Made by a program: the position numbers and the translations under genes. 64,000 nt of DNA from Adineta vaga (lineage: Eukaryota; Animalia; Rotifera), in contig CP075497.1 in assembly GCA_021613535.1 (NCBI GenBank), positions 11,904,001-11,968,000 on the forward strand. The letters are read 5' to 3'. The notes under the pieces are model-generated. The model was given only the letters and a program-made list of their open reading frames with translations. It had not been told where the DNA came from and made no database searches. This document shows positions 14,174 through 26,812 of the stretch, one piece after another (the stretch's first letter is position 1; the number at the start of each line of letters is the position of its first letter).

Positions 14174-15989
14174 ATGAGTAGGAGAAATAAAACGAAGAGA
14201 AACTTTTCTATTTAATTTCATTTATTCAGGTACAATAAGTAAAACGCTGCCATTAACTAAATCAATTGTTGATTATACATTATACAAATATTCGGACATA
14301 CAAAATTCATGGATTATTTGTGAAGGACATTTAAATTATCGTTTTGATCAAATAAAATTACTTAATATTTCACAATGTAAAACAAATCTTTTTGTTAGGG
14401 CGATTTATTTATTGTTCTTTTTAATTTAGTTGCGATATTTTTTGTTGTTTTAGCAAAAATTCCGATTGAAAATGCTAAACCAATCAAGGCGATTTATTTG
14501 TATAGAAATCAAAAACATCAACCATCGAATTTCTTTCAATTGAGCGCATATGAAAGGTAATGAGAGAAGTTAAATTGAATTCGATTGTTAGGATTATCAA
14601 ATAGAATATCTGATCAATGTTCGAAGAATATCAAGTCGAAATATTTTCTCTTTCAATTAATTGGAAAAGATTCGAATGATCAAGAAATATTTGGTGCGAA
14701 TGATGTTAATGAACGTGATGTATGTGAAGAAGAAGAATATTCGTTTCGATGGTTTTTGTTTTCTTGATTTAGAAATGGATGAGACATATAAATCAAGCAT
14801 TGAATTGGACAAAGCAAAGTTTAGCACCAAATAAGTGAGTGATTAAATGAATGAAGTAAAACGAAAGTTTTATTATTGTCAATCAGTTCAACGATAGCTC
14901 ATTCAGAGTTAAGATGCAATAAGAAAGGAAATTTACAAACATCTGGTATTTTCAAAGATAAAATCTATGATTGTTATTCTTGCTGCTTTTGTTTTCAAGA
15001 AAAAAAACGAATATTTATTAATTTGAATGTTTCTATACGATTTTAGAACATATTGATGCTGATGTTCATTCACATTACGAACCATTTCAAAAGTAAGTTG
15101 AATATTCTCTGTCATCACTCTCTATCCATTTTAATTCAGTTCAAATCAATCGACGAATAACAATGAATTTCATTCATCTGACGATACATCTCCTCTGGAT
15201 TTAGATCGTTATTTGAGTCCAAATCATCCTTCTATGTTACCTCGTCGACCTGTACCTCCAATTCCTGATGAAACAAATCATTTATCTGCTTGTCCACCAA
15301 CAGAAAATATTTATCTCACGGCAGAAGAAATTCCACCACCAAATTTACAAGTACAAAACAGTACTTCGACTTTAATTGAAGATCAAGTAAATCAATACTA
15401 AACTTTTGTCCGGAAGAAAACATCGAATTTTGTTTAGATATTTGCATGGGATAATATTTACTATCTAAATGAACTCGATGATCATACACGGTAACTATTT
15501 TGTTTTCGAATAAATAGAAAGATTTATTTCTTTTCGAATTGTAATAGTATTCTCAATGATATTGCGGAAATCGGTGCATTTCTTATTCGACCTCAATTGA
15601 AAAAGAATAAATCCAATGATCATGAATATGTAATTCATAAAGGAAAAAATTCTCACAAAAAAAAACACAACTGAATATTTATCTTTAGACATTGAGTATT
15701 TACGCATTCGGTGGAATTATTAAATATAAAATTTTAACGCCAATGGTAAAATTTATTACGAAATAAAAAATTCGATTTTGTTATTTGAAATATTTAGAAT
15801 GGAAATTTTGCATTGACACTTGATCCCAATGAAGCAAGTTTTGATACAATCTCTGATCTTTGTCAGTATTATACAAATCATCCATTACCAAGTTCACACT
15901 CACGCGATGATTCAATAAAAAAACCTGTGGGAAATCTTTGTCTTAAATGGCCTTATAAATATTATTTGTATTGTACAAATCGATTTTAA
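14174..15989 (+). CDS. PH - Pro-rich - SH2 adaptor (SH3BP2-like architecture), paralog A
   Basis: PH C-terminus FLFQLIGKDSNDQEIFGANDVNERD|KWMRHINQAL; LPRRPVPPIP and ENIYL; SH2 IGAFLIRPQ...TLSIYAFGGIIKYKI...FDTISDLCQYYTNHPLP...LKWPY. Confidence 0.75.
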
Positions 15990-16236
15990 ATTCTTGAGAA
16001 GAAGAAAAACGAATATTTACAATAGTTTTATTCATAATTTACTTGATTGAAGATTAAAATAAAAACAAACATTGCATGAAGTTTATATTGACTTTTTTTT
16101 ATTCTAGATTATTGAATTGATTAAGAATTCATATAAGATCATTGACGACGATATAGTCTGTCTGTAAGGAAGAGATCGAAATTTGTTGGTAGTGAGTTCG
16201 AGAAAATTGATTTGATGTTTTATCATTCTAGATCAA

Positions 16237-17891
16237 ATGGGAACATTGAAAGGACTTTTGAATAAAATAGCTGGAGGATCAAAATCTTTGCATGAATATG
16301 AAACATATAAATACGAAGAGATTGATTCGAAATGGATTATTTATGAAGATCAATTACAATATTTATATAATAAAACTCCTCTTGGTGATTCTCTTTGTAT
16401 GTTGAATAGAACAATTTGTTCTTTTCGAAAATTGTATTCATGAATTTTAGTTAAATCATGTTCGGTTGTATGCGCTCGAGTTCCCATTAAAAATGTTGAT
16501 GATACCATTGGATTATATTTGTTTATTGATGAGAAAAAAACCCCTATGACTTTCTTTCCAATCAATGAAAAAATGAAGTAGAGATATTCGAAAAAGGAAA
16601 CTATTTTATTAAACTAATAAACATATTTTTTGTTTTAGAATTAGTGAACAATGTAATCGAAAGATAACACCAATTCCTAAATGTTTTCTATTCGAATTAC
16701 AATTGGTCGATCGTAATGAACCTGTGATATTCGGTGCAAAAGATCATCATACACGAAAGGTAAAAGAAAATATGAAATTTGAATTTTGTTTTCTAAATAA
16801 ATCTTTCTTTTAGATTTGGATAAATCATTTGAAAAATGTTTTTTCACAATCAAAATTAATCAAGCAAGATTCCGAGCCTTCATAGTATGTTTTCAGAATT
16901 TTGTTTTCAGAATTTTTTCCATTGGATTATTTTATCAGTTTATCGCCAACACCTTCGATAGAATCCGATGTTAAACCATCGGCTCCTTTTCAGCAGGGTA
17001 TTGACAAAAAAAACGCTTTCTTTTCTCGCTCGATTCGATTATCAAATTTTATTCGAATTATTCATTCAATTATTTCTCTTGCTTTTTTAGACGCTTGGTA
17101 TCGACCATTTGAACGTAGTAAGTTTTCTTTTGATTTTTACTGTTAAACTAAAAACAGACCTCGATTTATTATTTAGATTAGTAAGTGAAAGAATTTCGAA
17201 GGAAATTTATCGAAAATATATGAGTTTAGTTTACAACTGCAAAGTGAGGGAAATGTGATGCGAAATTCGACAATTGAATCGAGTTCAGTTGAGCAGAATG
17301 AACAAGAAAATACTTCAATTTTACAAGAGAATGTAAAACATCATGAAGATTATTTGTATATTCGATCGATTTTTATGTTTTAGATTATTTTATGGAATGA
17401 TATTTTCTATATGAATGATAAAGATGATTATAGAAGGTAAATAATCTAAATTTCAAATAAGATTTGATCTTTTTTCATTATTTAATTAGTGTTTTAATAA
17501 GAACGGGTGAATCCGGTGCTTTTCTTATTCGTCCACAATCAAAAAAGACAAGTTCAAATGATCATGATTATGTAAGTAGTGAATACGAACATATTTTCAA
17601 GCAGAAAAGAACATATTTTTCTAGACGTTGTGCTTATATCATAAAACGCTTGGCATTCGTTGTTTTGGAATCTTTGAATCACAAACCCGAGTAAATCATC
17701 TATTGAAATATATTTCATTGATTGATAGACACTATGTCTTTTGTTCTAGGGAATTGAATATAGTTTAGTAAAAAGGTCAAGAAACTTTTGTTGATATGAT
17801 TCAACTTTGTCAATATTACATAACAAATCCATTACCAATGACGACACAAAATATTTTTCTGACAAAACCTTATAAAACAATTTTAAATTGA
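16237..17891 (+). CDS. PH-SH2 adaptor paralog B (apparent +1 frameshift in A-run near 17770)
   Basis: Same exon architecture as paralog A: FLFELQLVDRNEPVIFGAKDHHTRK|IWINHL; GESGAFLIRPQ; FVDMIQLCQYYITNPLP...LTKPY. The last exon needs one A removed from GTAAAAAGGT to stay in frame. Confidence 0.7.
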
Positions 17892-17961
17892 ATAAAATTC
17901 AAACAATCTTCTTTTTTATTGCATTTCAAGGGTTTTTTTTTAAATTATAAAATCTTTCAGA

Positions 17962-19464
17962 ATGAACCAAAGTAAACAGATTTATGATCATTTGAAGAAG
18001 GATATTATTTTTGAAGAAAAAATTCAATATAAAAAAGGTAAAATTGATTACGAATCAATTTTTTCGAAGCAAAAATAATAAACGTTTGATTTCAGATCAA
18101 AAACAATATTTTGGATGTTTAGTCAAATTCTTGTATCCCAATGGATCGGAATCGATAAGATTTTATTTACTTGAAAGTAAAACATCGAAAAGTTCGTGTC
18201 TTTATCTCGATTTAATTGAATACGAAAGGTAAAAAAGTTTTGTTTTCCAACGAAATAATTTTGATTTTGATTAGAGTTGAACGATGTATTGAACAGAAGA
18301 AAGATACTGGATGGAGATTTTCACCATTGAATAAAACATTATTTACTTTTGAATTAATGCCAAGACATAAAGAAGAAAAAGAAGTTTTTAGTTGTGAAAC
18401 AGAAGATCAACGAAATGTAAATTGATTTCAATGATTTTCTTAGAGAATTGTTGTTTTTTTGTCTAGAAATGGGTGGAGATTTTGACGGAAAAGATTGCCG
18501 CATGTCGAATTCTTGAAAGTTATGGTCCTGATTCGTATGTATAGAAATAACGAGTTGATTGTGTTTGATATTTTTATCATTGTAGAGAATCGAAAGCAAT
18601 CGATGGTATTGAATATAAACTATTGCTGCTCGCTTTATTTTTTGATTAAAGTTCGTCTCAACAAGATTTGAATGTAATCAATCAATTTATTTAGATGAAG
18701 ATAATACAATTATCATTCAGAGACCCGGACCACCAATTCCATCAAGATCTAAACCGTACGTTACTATCAGTTTTTTTTCTTATTTCAAAATATTGTTCTA
18801 TAAAATAGTGTTATTGATAATCTTAATGAAACTAAGAAAGAACAATTGATGACCAATTCATCAGGAATTGAACCCGAGGCGAATTTAAATTATATTATTC
18901 TTAATCCAAAAGAATCAACAGTAAGAAGAATTTCTTTGTATTAATTTGGGTTAATAAATAATATTTATTTAGTTAAGTGTAAATGATATTTTCTATGCAG
19001 GAACATTCGATGAATTTCATAAGTTAGTATTTCTATTTACTTAGTTGATTTTTCTCAAAATATTTTTTTAGAATTCTTATTCATATCAATAAACCAGGTA
19101 CTTTCGGTGTGAAGATAAAGTCGCACCAAAAGATGATTGTACTTTAGTAAGTAAAGAAACTAAATCTTAAAATAATCTCTTGCTTTTGATTAAATAGGCC
19201 ATACGTGTTTATGAAAATGAACATTCACCTATATTATCATGGAATATCTATCATAATCGTCAAGTATGAAAGAAAATTTATGATTGAATTTGATTGTTAA
19301 TTAATTCGTGTATTTTGTAGATGAACAAATATTATGTGGATGAAAATGGTCCAGTTTTTGGAAATATTGTTGAATTATGTTCATATTATATGAAAAATGA
19401 TTTACCAGGAAAATTAACAAGAATTGATCGTTTAATTGAACCATATAAACTTTATTATCAATAA
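17962..19464 (+). CDS. PH-SH2 adaptor paralog C (1-nt frameshift near 19110; possible pseudogene)
   Basis: LFTFELMPRHKEEKEVFSCETEDQRN|KWVEIL (PH); PPIPSR; degenerate SH2 KPGTFGV...FGNIVELCSYYMKNDLP...LIEPY. Exon 19072-19146 exits in the wrong phase. Confidence 0.65.
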
Positions 19465-19600
19465 TTTTATCTATTTTTTTTTGTTGTGAGAATGATAATC
19501 GAGAATATAATTTTTTTTCAGATTTTCTAAATGTTTTTCTCAATAATTTATCCAATATAAATATTTACTCTTTTATTTTATTGCTTATCTAATAGTAACT

Positions 19601-21164
19601 ATGTCATCATCATCAACTTCACCAAAGGATTCTACAGATGCTTCACCGCAACAAATTGGTAAAGCATTTGTTGTTCAATATTATCGTCTTCTTCATGATC
19701 ATCCCGAATCATTACATCGTTTCTATTCATCGTCATCAACATTTATGCATGATGATCCGAAAAAAACAGCACATGGAATTGAAAATATCTCGAAACGTAT
19801 TGATGAATTATCATTAAAACAACGTCATGTGAAAATTCGTCAAGTTGATTGTCATTCAACTGTCAATTCATCTATTGTTGTACAAGTTTGCGGTGAAATA
19901 TCTGTATCATCTGTACCAGATACTCAAACACCAATTATGAAACGTTTTGTCCAGACATTTATTCTTGCACCGACGGAAAATGCCAAACAAAAATATTATG
20001 TTCATAATGATATTTTCCGATATCAAGATGGAACATTACAAAATTCAACAACAGATAATACCAATACAAAGATTGTAACAACACCAGAAAGTAGAAAAGG
20101 TATGAGAAATTAAAAAAATATGATACTGCGATAAACGTTTTTCTGATTAATCAAGTTACATCATCTGAAAATACTCCACCAAAACCATCTTCAAGTCCAG
20201 CTGTACAAATACCAGTTACACCATTATCATCTGCAATAAAAATCGAATTTTCCGATAATACTATAGCGAAAAATGAAGGTAAAATTTACACAGATGAAAT
20301 TTCCGTGGTTAATTTAATATTACTAGGAACCTCTGTTCATCAACAACAGAAAACACAAGATAAAGAGCAATCATCAAAACCCAAGTCCTATCGAGATGCA
20401 ATTGGAAAGAAAGAAAAAGCAACAGCAGCATCGGCAACAACAACAACAACAACAACGAAGGAAACTCAACCAGCAACAGCACCAGCACCAGCAGCACCAG
20501 CACCAGCAGCAACATCAACAACTGCTACTACAGGAACGAAAGCACCAAAATCAGGTAAACAAAAAGCATCAAAGTCGGGTAGTCGAAGTGCGCGTGGTGC
20601 ACGCGGTCATCCTCAAGATGCGAATGATTATTATGATGATTCATGGTACTATGGGACAAGTGAAGAAGGTTATTTAAATACTGGTTATATAGATGATCAA
20701 GAAGTATTTGTTGGTAATCTCTCCGCTCAAATTACTGAAGAACAAGTAATATAAGAACTTGCTTTTTCATTAATTTAATTTGATATTAAATTTAGATTCA
20801 TGAATTATTTCGACCATACGGTCGTTTACTTCTTGTTCGTATTGGTAATACAGGATCTCAAGTTGGCGCAGCTAATTTTGCTTTTGTCGTTTGTCAATCA
20901 ATTGAAATGGCTAAAGCCGTTGTTGCTGATCACGATAATCTTTTGAAAAATCAACAAATCAATGTCGAAGCAAAAAAACGTCGTCCATTTCCACATACAT
21001 TTCGACCAACGTATCCAACTGCTGCTTCGCCAACAAACTATCAATCAACTGGTTATCCTGCATCTTTCTATGAACATTCAGTATCTACTCCATTTTATGA
21101 TGGAGGAATTCGTGGCCGAGGAGCACGACGTGGTGGTGGTGGTGGTGCAGCCGGAACACATTAG
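19601..21164 (+). CDS. G3BP: G3BP/Rasputin-like stress-granule protein (NTF2 + RRM + RGG), 4 exons
   Basis: IGKAFVVQYY...LHRFY...FVQTFILAP...YYVHNDIFRYQD (NTF2); EVFVGNL and NFAFV (RRM); GGIRGRGARRGGG. Confidence 0.9.
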
Positions 21165-21683
21165 GAAAATGCAAAATAACGTTCTAGGATTATTTTCTTT
21201 AGTTATTATAAGGTTTCTTTTTTTTTGAATAACATGATATTCGTATTATTGATAAAACTCTCAAGCATTTGAAATACAGAAAGAATTGAAGAGTTTTTAT
21301 CTTTCTCATTCTTTGTTATTGTGTTTTTTTGTGAACGTTGATTTTCAACTCGGAATAAACTTCCGCATTATTGCAAAAAGAAGAAAAAAAGCTTTTTTAA
21401 TGTGCATCGTTAACGAATTAAAGATCATACTCACACTTAACATCTGAAAAAGTTATAGAACAGAATAAATAAACATATCCTTAGAACATCAATATCAATA
21501 AAAATTGCTACGTAATGCTAACTATTGATATTAAATTGTTCTTTTAGATTTTTATATACCTATGTCAAAAGATCCAATGCGAAAAGGGATCATTTCTATG
21601 ATATTCCTATGATTTAATGACAACAATATTTCGGATTGACAAATCTTCACTTTTTTTCTGATGTCTTTGAAAAACTCTTGGCA

Positions 21684-21789
21684 AGTTGTAGTCGACTCTG
21701 TTGGTCGGACTTATCATCTTAGCAACAAAACTAACCGCTCCATTTCACTAGTGCAAAATAGTTGCTCGAGATGATAATCAGATACAACT
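21684..21789. repeat. ~105-nt nested inverted repeat (fold-back) between convergent 3' ends
   Basis: TTATCATCTTAGCAAC (21711-21726) pairs with GTTGCTCGAGATGATAA (21761-21777); outer AGTTGTA (21684-21690) pairs with TACAACT (21783-21789). Confidence 0.5.
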
Positions 21790-21930
21790 ATGTGAATCAA
21801 TTTTCAGAATAAAAAGGATTATTTCGATTCTAGTAATTCCGCGTAAGTACTCATTTTTAAATCGAGACATAGAAGTCGTGGAATGACTACTATAGTTTTA
21901 TTGTTCATATTGTAAGTTCAATTCAGTATC

Positions 21931-22968
21931 CTAGTTTCTCATTATCGCTGTATTCCACGGTATAACTTGATTATGATATAAATGTAATCGTCTTCGTATG
22001 TGTTTCCAAATTTTTTTCATTAGAACAAGTTTTACTTGGCGACGATATCGTGCACAAAACATTAAATAAATATAAAAACTTATCTAAATTGAAAACAAAA
22101 CTTATAAAAATGATATGTAGATGATCTTTAGAAAACTTATTTACCGAAGAATTAATGACTGCTAAGGACATACAGATAGTTTCTACAATGGACAATAAAG
22201 ACTCATCTTCTGCATTTATTTCCGAATTGAGCGAATAACATTTGTAAATAACATATGGTAAAGATAAAATAACGAAAAAAATAATTCTTATCCAAACCAT
22301 AGTTGTTAATTGTTTATCAAGTCGACGACGAGCTATCTGCGCTCGTTGTCGAATTATATGACATACATTTCGATAAGCTAAATAACTAAACAGAGATGAA
22401 ATACAAATTGGACAGACACCAAACAATAACGGTATATGAATATATGTAAAATAAAATGAAAATTTTCGATTTTGAATTGTACATTCCATTGTTGAAGAAA
22501 TATCGAAAAAATATATAACTGGAATAGCATTAATAATTGCCAAACAAATCGATACGAATGTTAACGTTCGTGATAATTTTAATGTACTTTTTTGTCTTAA
22601 ATAATAAAGAAAATTTGTTGATAAAAATTGATCTAATGCAGCAAAACATATCATTAACATGGAGATTAAAGCAAAGGAATGTGTAACACTGTTTGTATTT
22701 TACACCAAACAGCTGAACTATTATTTAGAGTTATAGAACATTTCATAAGTAAAATAAATGATGTATGTGCAAGTAAATTTCGACCAATGTTAATAAAAGA
22801 TTCAATTAACAAATAAAATATACATGGATTATGATGAAATATACGAAGATTAAGAAAGATAATAATATTTAATAGATTTCCAATCAAACCAAAGATGGAA
22901 ATAGATGCATCGATATAAATATTCAGATGTACTAGAGAATCATTATGTTTCTCCGTTGTTGGTAACAT
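21931..22968 (-). pseudogene. Rhodopsin-like (class A) orphan GPCR with a 1-nt frameshift near 22683
   Basis: TM1 GLIGNLLNIIIF, NPCIFYL, WCK, ICFAALDQF (DRY-like), LDKQLTTMV, LSLPY; exon 2 (22083-21931) SFYIYLMFCARYRRQV. ORFs 22666..22968 and 21971..22660 are one gene offset by 1 nt. Confidence 0.75.
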
Positions 22969-23304
22969 CTTACTGTAAAGTGTGAAGAAAATTAGTAGGT
23001 CTTCAAAGGAGTATTTTTTTAAGTGGAAAAGTAACTGTTTGAGACTATAAAGAGAAAACTATAGTTTTAGTTCATGCTTTGATAAAGAACGACAGAAAAT
23101 AGAATTGAAATATATACTTCTAGATCTCAATCGATTTCGATAGAAATTTATACGATAATGATAAATTGAAAAAATCGACAAGATGTCACTATATTCTCAT
23201 GATAACTGTTTTAAATAACAAATCATTCGTTGAACATAAAGAACCACACATATACGTCTTAGCAACACACACAAAAAAGTATAAAATTAAATTCATTTAC
23301 AAGA

Positions 23305-24407
23305 ATGTCATCATTAACATCTTTAAGTCCATTTGAATGGTTTGAAATACATAGCAATTCTCGTTCACCTCAGTTACGGGTTGGTCATTCAAGTACATTT
23401 ATTCCTTCATCTTCAACGGTCTATCTTCTTGGTGGTGCAAATCCATCGGAATGTTTTGCAGATATTCATTCACTTTCATTACCATCAAAAACATCAGACA
23501 CATTTCTTTGGACGAAATTAATCGGCGAAGATCCGGCACTCCGACGTTATGAACATTCTACTATTTTTTCCTCTGAAAATAATGATCAGATTGTGTTCTT
23601 TGGTGGTGCAGATACAGAAAATAATCATAATGATATTCATGTATTTAATATTTCAACCAAAACAATCGAAAATTGGACACCGAAAGATAACAAATTAGTT
23701 TCACCTCGAACTCATCATTCAAGTTGTTGTGTTCAAAATGGTTTATATATATTCAGTGGTGGTTTTCAAGGTGTCAAAGCAGTTGATGATGCGGAATTAT
23801 ATCGATTTGATTTAGGTAGAGATTTTTTGAATATAAAAAATACAAAAAAACAAATATTGAATAAAATTCTATCTTTTTTATAGTTTCACGGACATGGTCA
23901 TGTGTACCAGCACATGGTTCACCACCTGAACAACGTCATGGTCATTGTTTATTATCACTTGGAAATTCTCGTCTTTATCTTCATGGTGGAATGGATGGAC
24001 GAACATTCTTTTCATCACTTTATTCAATAGATATGAATGAAAAACCACCACGATGGAATGAACATCGCTCATCATCTTCTTCTCCAATGGCTCGAGCAGC
24101 ACATGGTGGTGTTGCTATTGAAAAGACATCAACATTATTTATATTCGGTGGATTATCACGAAGTGGTCAAGCATTAAATGATACTTGGTCATGGTCAGCT
24201 AAGAATGAACAATGGACAGAAATTATTTGTCGATCAGTACCGAGAGCAAGATTAGATTTTGCTTATTGTCTTGTTGAATGTAAAGATATTGAACAAGATT
24301 CAGAAAAAACTATACCATTCATGTTTATTCATGGTGGAACTGATACACAAGGCGAAGTTTTTGATGATTGTTTTTTATTACGATTAACATTTGATAATGA
24401 TCAATAA
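23305..24407 (+). CDS. RABEPK: Rab9 effector protein with kelch motifs, 2 exons
   Basis: Kelch repeats RVGHS..GGANP, RYEHS, PRTHHS..FSGG, RHGH..HGGMDG, RAAH, RLDFA..IHGGTDTQGEVFDD; intron ~23816-23883. Confidence 0.88.
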
Positions 24408-24613
24408 AAGGAAAAAAATGAAACTTCACCTACAAAATCTTTTTTTTTGTTCTTCAATGTAAAATTCGCAATAAAAGAAATGACATTGCTATGTATACTA
24501 ACGTCATCTATTATTATTTGTTCATATATAGACTTCTGTAACCAATAATTAAATTCGATAGTCAATTCAATGTTTATTTGCATTCATCATATACTGAATT
24601 GTTGCTTTTTACG

Positions 24614-25189
24614 ATGGATGATACAACACGTTTAACAAGCGAACAGTCGATTAAATTATTTATTCAACGTGATTATTCGGAAGGCACAGCTGTGAAATTT
24701 CAAGAACGTTTTCCATCTGAACTTCAAGGAAGAGTAAATATTCATTTTTTCTTTGATTGTTTTTGTCAAATCTTTATCTCAAACGATTTAGATCGATCAA
24801 GGAAAATTCACTGAGATTATTCGTCACATCAATTCCATTTATGATGAAGCGGAAGCATTATCATGTAAAACATTTATGGAGAATTGTTGTTCTTGTTTAA
24901 CAGGTTATTTATTATTATTATGTATGCCAACACATTATGAAAAGGTAAAGATTCGATATGAAATGAAATTTTAAGATTAAACTTTGTGATTATTTAGTGT
25001 GTTAAACGAGCAGCAAGATATATTACAGAAGAGAATGAAAATACACTTAATCCAAAAGGAATATTCATGTTAGATCCCATGGAAAAAGGACTTCGCTGTG
25101 TAAGTAAAGACATTAATTGAAAAACAAAAATCATTCAATCGAATAATTCTATTTAGATTGAAGTATGTATTACAACTAATCGTCGATAG
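24614..25189 (+). CDS. GOLGA7: Golgin A7 / Erf4 (palmitoyltransferase accessory subunit), 4 exons
   Basis: KLFIQRDYSEGTAVKFQERFPSELQGR|ID...YDEAE...CLTGYL..CMPTHYEK|C...DPMEKGLRC|IEV. Confidence 0.93.
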
Positions 25190-26812
25190 ACAAAATCAAA
25201 ACTAGGCAAAAGTATCTTATTTATTCGGTTACAACAGACGTACATGTTCTTCTTTAATGATGAACAGTTTCTATGAACTTTGTTCGATGAATTGTTTTTC
25301 TTTCTTTCGTGTAAATAATAAAATAAAATATATTTCAAGAATAACATGTCAATTGAATTCATGAATCTAAGAATTGTTGAGACATTCTATTTCTTAACAA
25401 TCTTGTTGTTTTAGTTCTTTTAATAGATAAGAAATAGGATATGACTTATTGTTTGTTGACTAAATTTATCATATTTCAAATAGTGATAAGTTTCGTTTAT
25501 AAGTTCTCTGCACGTCATTAATCAATTTGATATTTTCTCACAAATTCAATTAATTGTTCATATTGACATGGTAGAATACTCGAGAGAATAAATAGGAAAA
25601 GAAGAATTATCAAACGATCGAGATAGTTATTATCTTGTAAAACCATTTATTACCATTAGATAATAACAAAATACATTATAAATACTAGTTTTCATTTTCA
25701 GAATTGACATGATGAGAGAAATAGAATCCTAATTGAAATGAAAGGGTAGGAATTAGTAACTAACATCAAGTCATCAGAGAACATTCTATAGAACCGGAAG
25801 TAATTTATTAGTTGAATGTATATCATTATTTCCTTTCTATCTAAATGACCGAATATTTGATATAAAATCCAAGGAGAGAGAGAGAAAAAAAATGAAGAAT
25901 GTACCTCACTCATAAGCACCCCTCGTGTAAGTCAATGTTACCATTGACTGTTTGCATAACTCTGTTTGCAACGATATCACATTCACTAAACACAGATAAA
26001 ACTATCAACTCTGAGAATATTCTCATCTTGGTAAATAATCATATCTATTGTGTTCAGCATATAAACATGATAGATCTTTAATGAAAGATCGGATAGTTGC
26101 TATCCTTGGGTTCGGGGACTTTCCCTCGAGTATCGAGAAATTTGAAAACAAATTTCAATCGATGAAAAGAGTGATCAGTAAAGACACTCGTATGTAACTC
26201 GAACAGCAAACGTGTAAGATACATTGAGTTTATTTGATAAATCTTCATCTATTTATATTGATATATCGATAAGAGAAAAGAAAAACGGTGAATAGAAGTT
26301 AATCAAAGAGAAAGAGCGACATCTGTCGTCCAAAGGATATGTTAATAATAATAATAATAAAATGCACAATGTGATTTCATTAATCATATGACGAAGTCAT
26401 CTGGATAATTTCGATGTCTTCAGATCTCCGAATCAATTTATTCGACGAAGAAAAAGTTTTCTTTTTAATATTTGATGTTTCAACAAGAGCAGGACTGTCA
26501 ATATTTCATCTGTCTGTCTTTAGGCGAAAAGTACCGTAGAACTAAAGATGAACAACAAAAACCATATTTTTCTATCTTCAAAAAAAAGAAGAAGAAGAAA
26601 GCCGAGAAAAAAAGAAAAAGAAAAGCGAGAAAAAAAGAAGACGAATATAAACCGGAAATTGAAAGCTTTCTCTTTCTTACTGTTAGGTTAATGCAATGTA
26701 TTTTAATCGAAGTTGTTGAAGAAAAAAAAAAGAAAAGATTTTATTTCCAGTCTCTTTTGTAGTTTATTTTCATTCAACTAGGTTTTCCTTTGTCCTTTGA
26801 ATAAATATTCAA

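Noticed and set aside
20309-20677. PolyQ/His ORF (20396..20677) and poly-Leu/Val ORF (20309..20521)
   Set aside because: Alternative-frame and antisense readings of the Thr/Ala/Pro linker of G3BP.
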